Below the pieces are notes generated by a model, which did no database searches, was not told the DNA's origin, and saw only the letters and a program-made list of their open reading frames with translations. Below are positions 14,769 through 25,953 of a stretch of DNA of 64,000 nt, one piece after another. This DNA comes from Rozella allomycis CSF55 (lineage: Eukaryota). The translations under genes and the position numbers were made by a program. The stretch covers positions 1-64,000 of the forward strand of contig KE561145.1 of the NCBI GenBank assembly GCA_000442015.1, in the 5' to 3' direction. Numbering within the stretch: the first letter of the stretch is position 1; the number at the start of each line of letters is the position of its first letter.

Positions 14769-17599
14769 ATGACCAATATGAAAGACTCTCGTAAAATTTC
14801 CGTAGTAGTAGATAGCAATCGAAGGTTTTCAGTAATGCCTAATAGAAATCACAAATATAATGAGGGATTGCATGAATCTTCGTTGAACCTTGATACTACT
14901 TTTGATCATGTTAATGATGAATTTTCAAAGAATGTAAATAAATGGGTGAAAGGTGATAGATATATCAAAAATACTTGAAACAGAAACAAAAAGAAGAAAG
15001 GGGAATAGGTAATGTTGAAGTATGTATTAGAAAGAATTCATGGACGTTGAAGATGACAAAAGCGAAAACATGATTACAATGACATTTGCTGATTCACTAA
15101 GAAATGTACTCAAAGGAATTGATAATGAACAGTGGGCAAGTTCAGAATTAAGAAATAAGTTGGTACAAATGAAAGTTCTGTAAATAGAGGCGAATATCGT
15201 CCTTTCGGAAGTTGCAATGAGGTTTTCACCACAAATGGGAAATTTAATACAAAAAGATTTTAATTCCATAATTAATAGAATATTTGTTCACAATGTTTTG
15301 AATAGTGTAAAAACTCAAGCTGATTTGTGTCTGAAAAAATCGAGATTGTATTTTGAAAGTATTGAATTATATTTGTTGTCACGAGATTGTAATAAGGCAG
15401 CTGTTTTCAGTAACGAAACGAACGACGACAGAATTTGTTCATACTTTAGGATGCAACTTTGTGAATCGTATAAATATTTTAATAAACATTCTGAAAGATT
15501 AAAAGTTGGAAAGATAATAAAAATTTGTCGGCAAGAAGCATTGAATGGAATCAGAATAGAGCCGCCCTCAGAAAAAGAAAAAATGACAAAACAGTTAAAG
15601 GATGTAAACTTAGTTTTTGATCTTTTTAGTTAAGTTTAAAGTTATCATTGTATAAAAGCAAAGCTAATTTTGCAGTTCTAGAAGAAGAAATAAAGAAATA
15701 CAAATTTCAAATACCGACAGCACCCTTGCAAAAGGATGTTGAAGAGGAAGAAATTAAAGAGTTGAAAATGGAAGACAATAAAATATTAATGATTGACCAA
15801 AGTTGGATTGAAAGGGATTTAAAATTTTTAACTAGTAGAAACAATGAGTCAGTAAACAAAATCCAGCAAGTGAAGAATGCCAATCCGTTGTTGATTGATG
15901 GGCATGTTTTTAGTAAATTTATGAAACAAAATGTAGCACTTCAATCCACCGACTTTGATTCTTCCATATTTGAAGTGGGCGATTTTATTTCAAAAGTATT
16001 TGAATCAGAACAAAAAGTTGAAATCAAAACAGAAAAACTAATTAATATTAAAGAAGACAAAATTGTAGAAGATGAAATGAAAGAAAGACCAAAAACTAAA
16101 AGAGAAAGATATTTGAGACCCTTAACCCACAGGACTGGGAAATTATCTAATCTAGATTTTGAATCTATAGAACTCAGAGTAATTTTGTTGCTAAATGAAG
16201 AGTAGCCGAAAACTAAAGATTCAATTGACAAGAAGATTGAAAATGTTCCAGATTCACCATGGAAAGAATCGGTAGTTGAAGGGAATGTTCTTAGATTAAT
16301 GGATTCAAGACTATCAAATAGACAACAACAAGAATCCATAGATTTATCGCCTAGCGATTTAATAAAAATTGATTTTATAAATGACACATCTGGAAATGAC
16401 GTTTCCTTTTCTATTTCTGATTTATTGCCTGGTATTTTTACATTTATCAAAAAGATTAGAAAGCGATGAAGAGATTTCGCAAGATCTTTGTGAAATATTT
16501 AAGCATTTTACAGAATCGGCGATGGATTCCTTGTTGACGTTAGAGGAAGATGAAGAAAATCAAATTTGCTCACCAATTTTAAAAGAAAATATTAGCGATT
16601 ACTCCATGAGATTTTTTAAAGGAGAAAGATTTGTTCCAGAAGATCAAATCAGGAAACTCAAAGATCGCAAGGACCAGGGTGAAGAAAGAAACAAGGACCG
16701 TAACAATGAAGAAATTAAAGGAAATGAATCTAAAAATAAATTAAAAAATATAAAAATTAAGACTCCAAAAACTGGGACGTTAGAAATTGAGGATTACTTC
16801 AAGTATCTTCAATTGCATAGCAATGATTTTCTTGATTCTTTAATTCTTGATCGATTTCTAGTTGACATGGCAGAAGAAACAAAAGAACTTTTGAAAATGC
16901 AAAAGCAACAAAAAGATTACGAATTAGAAAAAAAGATTAGAGAGGAAGAAGAAAGGAAGCGTAAAGAAAGAATTTCAGAGATGCTTCACTTTGAGAAAGG
17001 GAAATGGAATTCAAAAATCATCGATTACTTTGATGAAATAAAATCTAAAAGGTTTCCTAAAGTTTTCTTAATTTTATCTAGTCCTTTTTCAATCCAAGAG
17101 AGATTGGAAAGAATTTGGCAAGTTCTTGAGCTGGAAGACTGTGAAAGAATTTCATTGGCTATCAAATTTGGTAATCACGACTTTGATGGTAATAAATATT
17201 TACACCTCATTATTGTAAATGCTTTAAAATGCTTGGAAGAAATCGTTTCTCTTATCATTAAAAGAGAGGCACTCATGAATGACATAAAGGAATTTGAGGT
17301 TGAAGGGTCAAATCCAAGGTATTTTAATTTGTAATTTTAAATTAGGTATCTTATTCCATTCATGTCAATGTAGACGTTTTTATTACAAACAATACAGCTT
17401 TTTACAAGAATCAAACATTCGGCAAACGTTACTGCTTCAACTTGAAGAAATGCAGAACGTTCTAACTCCCTTGATCGAAAGATTTCAAAATACGCATCAT
17501 GAAATAATACGCTATAAAAGACAAAATTATCTTTCAAAAATGAAAAACGATTATCTTCAAATTCTTCATTTACTTGAAATAGAAAGGAGAAGCACTTAA
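14769..17599 (+). CDS. CCDC87-like coiled-coil protein
   Basis: C-terminal IQERLERIWQVL..ERISLAIKF..KRE..FEVEGSNPRRF resembles the CCDC87/MAP65-like domain. Confidence 0.6.
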
Positions 17600-17677
17600 A
17601 GTAAGAACTTATGTCTTTTATAACCAATGAATAAATCGAATCACAAAATAGTTTTAATTTCATATCAAATTTTAGAT

Positions 17678-19573
17678 TTATTGTGTAGAAATGAGCCTAG
17701 TAATTTTCCCAATCCCCTTTGTCCTTCCTTCACGAAAGAGTAGTCTTTTTCCAAGTTGCATGTATTCAGGCTTTTTAACGAATCTGAAGCGTACAAACGA
17801 TCGATCGCCTGTCCTTAACACCTTTGACTGTTCTTTGTCACTGTTGGAAACAATCTCCATTATAGTTGCTGTTTGTCGAACAGTCCCACAGTGAATCATC
17901 GTTTGATAGCTGGGCTTAATTGTTGTCGAATGATACAATATAAGAACTTCAGCCTCGAATTCTATTGCAACGTACCCACAAAAAACACTAGGGTACCTCA
18001 AACAACCAGGGTCACTAATGTACTCTGCCAAAGATGGAGACGGACATGGTTTTGGTAATCCTTGTTTGTCAACCACCACCATTCCTTTTCTCAATTGATG
18101 TCTCTTTATTTTTTTCAAAGCTAACGTCGCACACTGGCCAGCAACGGTAGAATTAACATTAACTCTTTTCCTGTGAATAGATTTTATTATGCAAGGGAAA
18201 AATACTCCATGTTCATCAGGCCCAAAATAAAGCGTTTGGCCAACATCAATCTTTCCAGATTGCAAGTTCCCTGAAATCACTGTTCCAACACCCTATTAAG
18301 TATAGAGTAATAAACTTACAGGCACTGAATAGGTTTCTGTTAATTGATACTCAACAGGATCTTCACTGTGGTATTCTTGATATATTGGAAGCAAATTAAG
18401 AAAGCACTTTAAAAGATCCAAGCCAGCACCTGTCACATTAGAAATTTGAAATATCGGACATAATCTAATTTAGAGTTACTTCTGCGTGTTTACTTTTCAG
18501 TGACTAAATTATTTACTACTAAAATCAAATCATGGATTGATTTTATAAAGACCGGGGTTTTCTTGCAACCAGGGCTTTTAACCATTTTCGCCAATTGTTT
18601 CAACGTATCATCCAAAACATTAGCTGGGCACATATCAACTTTTGTAACAACTATGAAAAATGGAACGTTCAACGCAACAGCTAAACCTACATGCTCTTTT
18701 GTCATTCCAACCACCCCTGCATTCGATCCTACTATAAGCATAACAAAATCTGGTGAATATCCAGTCATCCCGAATACACTAAGAATTCATTTCAAAATAA
18801 TTACGTCGTCTTTAAATACTTTTCATGGCCGGCAAGATCAATGAACGTTAAAAGTTTAGACGACTGCATTGACACAGACTCCCAACTCATTTTCCGCAGG
18901 GACACAATCAAACTCTCATCAGCAATTTTCTCAGCCTGATTTATTTCCCCTGTTTTATTTTCTAATTTTTCTATGACTTTTTCAATTGTTTCATTTTTCC
19001 TTCCAATTATACTATGTGTTGTTGCTGGACCAACAACATTCCCATGCTCATCAAAGCCAAGTATTTCCATGCCCACAGAAGAAGTTCTCCCTGTTTCAAT
19101 TTCATGCGGATGTTTGAAAAGTGTAACACGAGCTTTACCACGCCAATTTAAATGTAATAATTACCATTACCCGTCATCCTCCATTCCTTTGGTTATCACA
19201 CCCAAAGTGGTGCTTTTTCCTGCATCAACATTTCCCACCACTGCGACTCTAACCTCTAAATTCAAGTCTGTGACACTGTCAGCCTTGTAACGACAAAGAA
19301 TGACGGATTGTTTTGGACCTTTGTCATCAACTGATGTGTAAATAGGAGTCGCCACAAAATTCAATTCTTCTGACACAACCTTGATATTTTTCAAACAAGC
19401 TAGCAACGAAGATTCGGTAAATGATTCGTCAGCATCAACAAAATTAATAGGCAAAAGAAATTCACCGCGAACGAGATTTTGTTGAAAGAAGTCCTTTGTT
19501 TCCTTGTCGGGGTCACGCTTTAAAATCTATATCTTGTTAATTTGTTGTGATATACCTGAATAGCATCGTTCAT
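17678..19573 (-). CDS. GTPBP1: GTP-binding protein 1 (translational GTPase)
   Basis: [62 protein letters not shown]. Confidence 0.93.
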
Positions 19574-19709
19574 CTAACTGTGGCTGGGAGTCTAGCCATC
19601 AAATCAATAACATTCAATCGAAATAAGATTTCAAAAAATTCATTTCATCGGTAGATTAAAAAAATAAATTTATTTACACAGTACACTACACTAAACAGAG
19701 GCTGCCCTA

Positions 19710-20183
19710 TTACGCCATCGTTAAAGGGCTATTCTGGCGTATTATTTTACATATTTTCCTCTTCTTAAAATCAATTATCAAAAATCTTATTAGCAAAAAT
19801 ATGTCTATTGTGAAAAATATTGCACTAAGTCCAGCCATAATTCCGTCTGCTTTAATCCACCCGTTAGACGCAAACCAATCATGCTCTAAACTATTAATTC
19901 CAATGTATTGAGCCGAAATAATATTTAGTAAGATGATGAGATCTAATAATATTGTTAGTAAAATTAAATAATTGCATTGAAGCCTCTTTCGTTTTAGAAT
20001 AAAAGACGCCAAATTCAAAATCAAGCCAAAAATGCATACCAAGCAAGTAAACCATCTAGAATATACTTCAAATATCTCAAAAGGTTCCCAAAACTCTAGC
20101 TTGTTGATGAAGGCAAACATTGCATAGCCAGAATTACTTACGGCGAAGAAAGTAAACGAAAGGATATTTAAAAAATGGGCCAT
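19710..20183 (-). CDS. small four-TM membrane protein, unknown function
   Basis: Intronless 157-aa ORF with about four hydrophobic helices. Confidence 0.55.
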   Translation of the reverse strand: MAHFLNILSFTFFAVSNSGYAMFAFINKLEFWEPFEIFEVYSRWFTCLVCIFGLILNLASFILKRKRLQCNYLILLTILLDLIILLNIISAQYIGINSLEHDWFASNGWIKADGIMAGLSAIFFTIDIFLLIRFLIIDFKKRKICKIIRQNSPLTMA

Positions 20184-20290
20184 AATGCGAGGTAGTTTCG
20201 ATATATCTTTTGTAACCTTTGATTTTGATTCCACACATTCACTCTTCTTACAAGCTAAAAAGTCCATGCCTCTTTTCGTGTGGCTTGGGT

Positions 20291-21517
20291 ATGAAATCAA
20301 AGGCTTTACGATCTTTTTCTTTATTTGGCATAATAATATCTTGCCTTGCAGGAATAACAACTTTTTATCTGTATCTGTATATCCCCTACCTAAAGCCTAT
20401 TCAGACAACTTCCCAAATTCAAACAAATGGCTTAGAAGCAGTTTTGAACACTTCAATACATCACACACAGGAACTATATAGCTTGCATTATACAAAAACG
20501 GGATATAGTCCTCCGCGGTTAGCATTTTTATTAATGGCACATAACTACAGTTCAGTAGAAGGACTATTCAAGATCTTAAAAGTACTTTACACTCCATATC
20601 ATTATTTCGCAATACATTTTGACGAGAAAGTGACTCAGATAACATATCAAGGATTTGTCACTTTATTTAAACTGCATTTCGGTTATCCAACAAACGTACA
20701 AATCAGCCAAGACAGAATAAATGTTAAGTGGGGCGAGTTTAGTATACTAGAGGCAGAATTACTATTGCTAGATATGGCTTTCAAATGGAACAAAGAACGC
20801 CCAGCAGACGAAAAATGGGAAAGGTTGTTAATTTTGTGTGGGCATTCATTCCCGTTGCAAACTATTCAAAGCATTGAATTTGCGTTTTATGCGATGAACA
20901 AAAATATGAATATTCTATGGGACCTTGAAGGGCCAAAGAAAACATGTGAATATGGACAGCGCTATGGTGAATATTGCAAGAGAACGTCAGCACGGTGTGC
21001 GAATCCTGAATGCACTAAAATGACACACTCTTACAAAGACTTTGTTATTTATAAAGGTTCTCAATGGGTTTCACTTACTTTTGAGTATGTCAATTACATT
21101 TACGGGGAAGGGGCTGAGGACTTTCATGGGTTAATTAACTTTTTTCAAAAATCAATATTTGCACCTGAAGAATTGTTATTTCAAACCAGTATAATGAATT
21201 CTCGGTTTAATACGACCGCTGTGACTGGAGAGGTTGGAAACGAAAGCGCTGGATCGTCTGTTCCATATATGTTCAAAACGTGGACAGACTGCAATTCATA
21301 CCCTAATCCACGCCCCGGAGCCTCACCGTGCACACTTGGGAAGAATGATTTGAGCTCGATATCTAAAATGTACAAAGATGGATACCTGTTTGCAAGAAAG
21401 TTTAATCCCCTGGACGAACTCCATACCAAAATAGAAGGAAATCTAGTTCAAAGAATTGTAAATTCACATAGCGCTAAACAAGAAAATGCACAAATGGTTC
21501 AAGAAATATTGCAATAA
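20291..21517 (+). CDS. GT14 glycosyltransferase (core-2/I-branching / xylosyltransferase-like), type II membrane
   Basis: RLAFLLMAH, IHFD, VKWGEFSIL, KGSQWVSLT, PEELLFQT, LFARKF. Confidence 0.88.
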   Translation: MKSKALRSFSLFGIIISCLAGITTFYLYLYIPYLKPIQTTSQIQTNGLEAVLNTSIHHTQELYSLHYTKTGYSPPRLAFLLMAHNYSSVEGLFKILKVLYTPYHYFAIHFDEKVTQITYQGFVTLFKLHFGYPTNVQISQDRINVKWGEFSILEAELLLLDMAFKWNKERPADEKWERLLILCGHSFPLQTIQSIEFAFYAMNKNMNILWDLEGPKKTCEYGQRYGEYCKRTSARCANPECTKMTHSYKDFVIYKGSQWVSLTFEYVNYIYGEGAEDFHGLINFFQKSIFAPEELLFQTSIMNSRFNTTAVTGEVGNESAGSSVPYMFKTWTDCNSYPNPRPGASPCTLGKNDLSSISKMYKDGYLFARKFNPLDELHTKIEGNLVQRIVNSHSAKQENAQMVQEILQ

Positions 21518-21531
21518 AATATAGAATGTTT

Positions 21532-22188
21532 TTATTGTTCATTTTCTTGTTTTTTTGGTTCATCATTTTGAATCGTTTCACCTTCAAGGCGTTCAACTTG
21601 TGATTCCAGTGTATCCAGCTGTTGTTTAAAACTTTCTTTAACTTTTTCTTTAATTTGATTGCACTTTTCTTTAATTGCTGTTTGATCGAAAATCTGATCG
21701 GGCAATAATTCTGCCGGTCTGAAGAATAAACTGGGCATAGCGTTTGTCGACAGAAAGTTTGAATAATTGTCATATCTTTTCTCTAGATCTGCCGTCTGTC
21801 ATTAACTAAATTCACTTTAATTACAATTGTTTGTTCTAATTGAAGAGTTTCAGATTTTCTGGCATCTAGAATACGGGATCGTCTTTCTTTTCGTTCTTTC
21901 TCCATAATAATTCTTGTTTGTTCTTTTTCTTGTGCGAGTTTTTCTTTCAACTTTAGATCGATTTCCTTTCTTTTGTTATCAACGCCTATTGTCTGATTCA
22001 GATCCTGCTTAAATTTTGATAAAGTGCCTAGCATAACACCCATCATTCTTTTGTTTCTTTTTATATCTATGGGGTCATTTTTAATCCTTTTCTGTATGAC
22101 ACTAGAATATGACTCTTACTGTTAAACTCTCTGATTCTGCATTTCCTAGTCTCTTTGGAGCGTTTTCAATAACTGAAGGCAAAACCAT
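21532..22188 (-). CDS. PNN: pinin/SDK/memA domain protein
   Basis: KRNKRMMGVMLGTLSKFK; NFLSTNAMPSLFFRP. Confidence 0.8.
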
Positions 22189-22231
22189 TATGATAGAAAC
22201 ACTAAAGTTACTTTCTTACCCCTGTCCTCAA

Positions 22232-23132
22232 ATGCCTCTTGTCATAATAACTGGCTTTCCCAAATCCGGAAAAACAAAGCGCGCAGAACAGTTAAAAAAA
22301 TGGGTATTAGAGAACAAAGGTAAGTTTGTTTGGGGCCAAAATCTCGATAAAGTTGTACTTTTGAATGAAGAATTTTTGAACATCAATAAAGATCTATATA
22401 ACAGTAAATTTTATTATCAACATTTTAATAGATTCAAATGACGAAAAAAAGGTACGAGGCGCTCTTGTAGGAGCCGTAGAAAGATACCTTAATAAGAAAA
22501 CGTTAGTTATTTGTGATTCTATGAATTACATAAAAGGGATTCGCTATCAAATGTATTGTATTGCGAGATCTATTGGAACTCTCCAGTGTGTCGTTCACAT
22601 TTGCACATCTAGCGAAAATTGTTCAAAATTTAACTCGATCGACAACACCTACGACAACGAGACCCTCAAAAATCTAATCAGTAGATATGAAGAACCGAAC
22701 GAATTCAATAGATGGGATAAACCCCTCTTCAATGTTCAAGTAGACGATTTAGATATTCCTTGCGAAAAAATAATGAAGTGCCTTTTCGAAAAAGAAGCGC
22801 CATTACCTAATCTCTCTACGATATCAGTAAGTTCAATTTTTTTCATTGAAAAGAAACCTGCTATGGATAATGTTAAAAACATCGATCAAACTATTCAAAA
22901 GGCGACGAAAACGGTACTGGAGAGACTAAAGGATGATCCTTTAATTCAAAAGATTGACATTGAAAATGCATCCATTCCTGTTTTATTAAATGGAAATAGA
23001 GTGACTCTTATAGAAATGAAAAGACATCAACATCAGTTCATGAAATTGTACAATCATTTGCTAACATCAAACATGGATGATCAGACGGCTTTAAATTCTT
23101 TTGTTGAATATTTAAATTCTCAGTTTAAATAA
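22232..23132 (+). CDS. KTI12: Elongator-associated protein KTI12
   Basis: MPLVIITGFPKSGKT, DSMNYIKGIRYQMYC, RYEEPNEFNRWDKPLF. Confidence 0.93.
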
Positions 23133-23357
23133 ATTAGCATTCAATTTTTATTTTTAGGCCAACTAATTTGGCTTTTAGTTTTGTCATTTGTGGGGTTTTC
23201 AAAACTCTCAGAGGTTACTACTTGCGGTATTGTTACGGCAAGTAGTGCTATTTTTTATTGCCGTGTATAGAAACTAAAAAGAATGAATTGGGCTAATAAA
23301 GTATCATTAGCGTTTTAATTTTTCAGGTCGGCACATGTGGCTTTTCTGGTCTAAACA

Positions 23358-24180
23358 ATGGGTATTAAATGACACTTTTAGTTATCAAGGTGCTTTGTTT
23401 AGTAGGATTTTTTCAAGACTCTTTGGTGAAAAAGAATATAGAATACTTATACTTGGATTAGACAATGCAGGAAAGACGACAATTCTATACAGACTGCAGG
23501 TAAAACTTATTACCATAATGAAACATTAGCTCGGAGAAGTTCTAAGTACAATTCCAAGTAATTTTTTCATTGTATGATTACAAAGCTATTGGATTTAATA
23601 TGGAAGTTCTTCAATACAAGAACCTAAAGTTTCAGGGTACTCATAGATATTATACTTCAAACAGTTTGGGATCTTGGCGGTCAATCGAGTATACGACCGT
23701 ACTGGCGTTGCTATTACGCCAATACTCAAGCCATTATATATGTGGTGGACAGCACAGATAAAGCCCGATTATCAGTTTCAAAAGCTGAGCTGATTTCAAT
23801 GTTGGAAGTAATTTACATCAGTTCTAAACACAAAGGAAGAAGAATTAAAGGATGCCGTTCTTTTAGTATTTGCAAATAAACAAGATTTGAACGGAGCAAT
23901 GTCCGTAGCTGAAGTTTCAGAAGGCTTGGGATTATCACTTTTGAGAAATAGACAGTGGTGCATATTCAAGACAAGTGCTATTAAGGGTGATGGTCTCACT
24001 GAAGGACTAGATTGGTAACTTTATACCAGAAGCATCAAATCTAGGCTTGTAAATGCAGTAACCGGTAATACACAAGAAGCTATAAACATTGCACCTGCAG
24101 TAGAATCAGTTGATCAAAATAATGACACTGAGGTTGTTGAGCAAGTCGAAGAACCTAAATTGGAAGTACCAACAGAATAA
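23358..24180 (+). CDS. ARL1: ARF-like GTPase ARL1 with an acidic C-terminal extension (6 introns)
   Basis: [45 protein letters not shown]. Confidence 0.93.
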
Positions 24181-24304
24181 ATTGATATTACATAAAACTC
24201 TTATCAAAGATTATATTTATAAAGTAGCAAATATCAATTCTTATTTGGTTTCACATATGCCATCAAATCTATAAATAGTGTCACGATTTTCCGATATTTA
24301 TTCC

Positions 24305-25126
24305 ATGCCTTCGCAAGATCATCATGATAACGTTGATAGTTCTTCCTATACAATATCCCATTTAATGGAGGGTATTAAAATATAAATATACATCATAGAA
24401 ATCGGAAAAAGATTATCCCTTCGATCAGAGAGAGACGACCTTGTACAGAAAAACATTATAAAAGGCAAGTTTTAGAAATCCAAGATAAAAGGTAGACGAT
24501 AAAAAAATATCTTCTTCGATTGTTCAAGCCAAATTGTCACTAGAGAAAGAAAAGGAAAAGGAAAAACTCAATGGAAGAATCCAAAGGAGACCTTCCAAAG
24601 CAGAATTAGAGGAAAGAAATATTTTAATCCGTATGAGGATCATTTATCAATGATAGAGGACACAACCAGCACAGACCCATTAACCATTCGTAGAAAATCA
24701 TTTGAATTTAGACAAACGCAGTTAAAATCTTGCCTAAGAAAACGAATGGATAAAAACGAACTTCAAGAGAGAAATATTTTGAAAGGTATCGACTATCATT
24801 TGCTTAAAATAGACACAAAAACGGATCCAGCATTGGCATCAGCTTCGGCTAAACTAATTCGCGCACAGCTAGAGAATTCTTTAGAAAATAAAATGCAACA
24901 TAGACCAACTCCTGAATCTATTGCCAAAATCTTGGGATTCAAAGATGTTGTAGAGGTTTTACCTACCTACAGAGCTGATGACTACAATAGAAAAGTTGAT
25001 GACAATGTCACATTCAAAATGCTAACCCCGAAACTAAAGCAAGAAATAAGAGAAGAATTAAATCAATACAAGAGAGAAGAGATGATAGTTCATGAAGAAA
25101 GTGTAGCTAATACGGCTTTTCATTAA
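24305..25126 (+). CDS. RPEL-repeat, PP1-binding protein (Phactr/Bni4-like)
   Basis: RPSKAELEERNIL-type repeats; C-terminus VEVLPTYRADDYNRK..LTP..IREELNQYKREEMIVHEES..T.FH. Confidence 0.8.
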
Positions 25127-25185
25127 AGCTTAAATAAACTTTTTGCGCTCTTCATTTTCTTTTTTCTCAAACGTTGAGACCAAAC

Positions 25186-25908
25186 ATGTCCACAACGACA
25201 TTGAAAATTGGAAAAACTAAAGCCGTTATGTCCTTAAAGTTGATCTCATCAGAAAAACAAAACTATTTAAAAATGGCTTCATCCATCAACCCGCGCTTGG
25301 AAATAATCTTAATAACACTGCTTAGAAAAAGGTTACACCCTTTAGGATGGAAAATATTTCAAAGTGAGGATAGCCAATGCACCATATCCAATATTTACTA
25401 CAAAAATTTAAAGCTAGGAATAATTGTTGACTTTAAAATAAAGGGAGTTCCTTTGCCAATACTGAATGAGGCTATAAATAGGGTGGAATTTCAAAAGGCT
25501 CTAAAAATGAAATTGGACAAACTAATTAAGATTGAAATCAATTCTTTAGTGAAAGCAAGGGCTCATCTATTTTCAAAATTTGGTAACAAAAATGGCCGGA
25601 CAAAATTAGATAATGACCGTTTAAATCTATTTCTCTTTGACATTATGGTTGAAAGTATGACCGAGTTGGCGATGACATGTAATATTGATACCAGCAAGAA
25701 TGATATTACGAATGTTCTAAGACGACAATTTGGCGCCACATGCTCAACTGATTCATTTGACTTTATCTGCAGCTCATCCGATGGGTTTGAATCGATGGGC
25801 TTATCTGATGAATTTAACTCTGTAGTTCTCACCGAGGACGAAAATGATTTTGAAAGTGTTTTAAGTGACGATAAAGACGCCTTTAAAGAAATATCATTTG
25901 ATGAATAA
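25186..25908 (+). CDS. hypothetical protein, acidic C-terminus
   Basis: Intronless 240-aa ORF that fills the gap between neighbours. Confidence 0.5.
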   Translation: MSTTTLKIGKTKAVMSLKLISSEKQNYLKMASSINPRLEIILITLLRKRLHPLGWKIFQSEDSQCTISNIYYKNLKLGIIVDFKIKGVPLPILNEAINRVEFQKALKMKLDKLIKIEINSLVKARAHLFSKFGNKNGRTKLDNDRLNLFLFDIMVESMTELAMTCNIDTSKNDITNVLRRQFGATCSTDSFDFICSSSDGFESMGLSDEFNSVVLTEDENDFESVLSDDKDAFKEISFDE

Positions 25909-25953
25909 ATAGACTTTGTTAATGTAAATTTTTGTCTCTCAGTCTCTTTTTTA

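Noticed and set aside
20103-20167. Second ATATCCTTT…GCCTTCATCAAC U12-like stretch on the minus strand
   Set aside because: It lies in an open frame encoding a TM helix, and removing it as an AT-AC intron shifts the frame to a stop.
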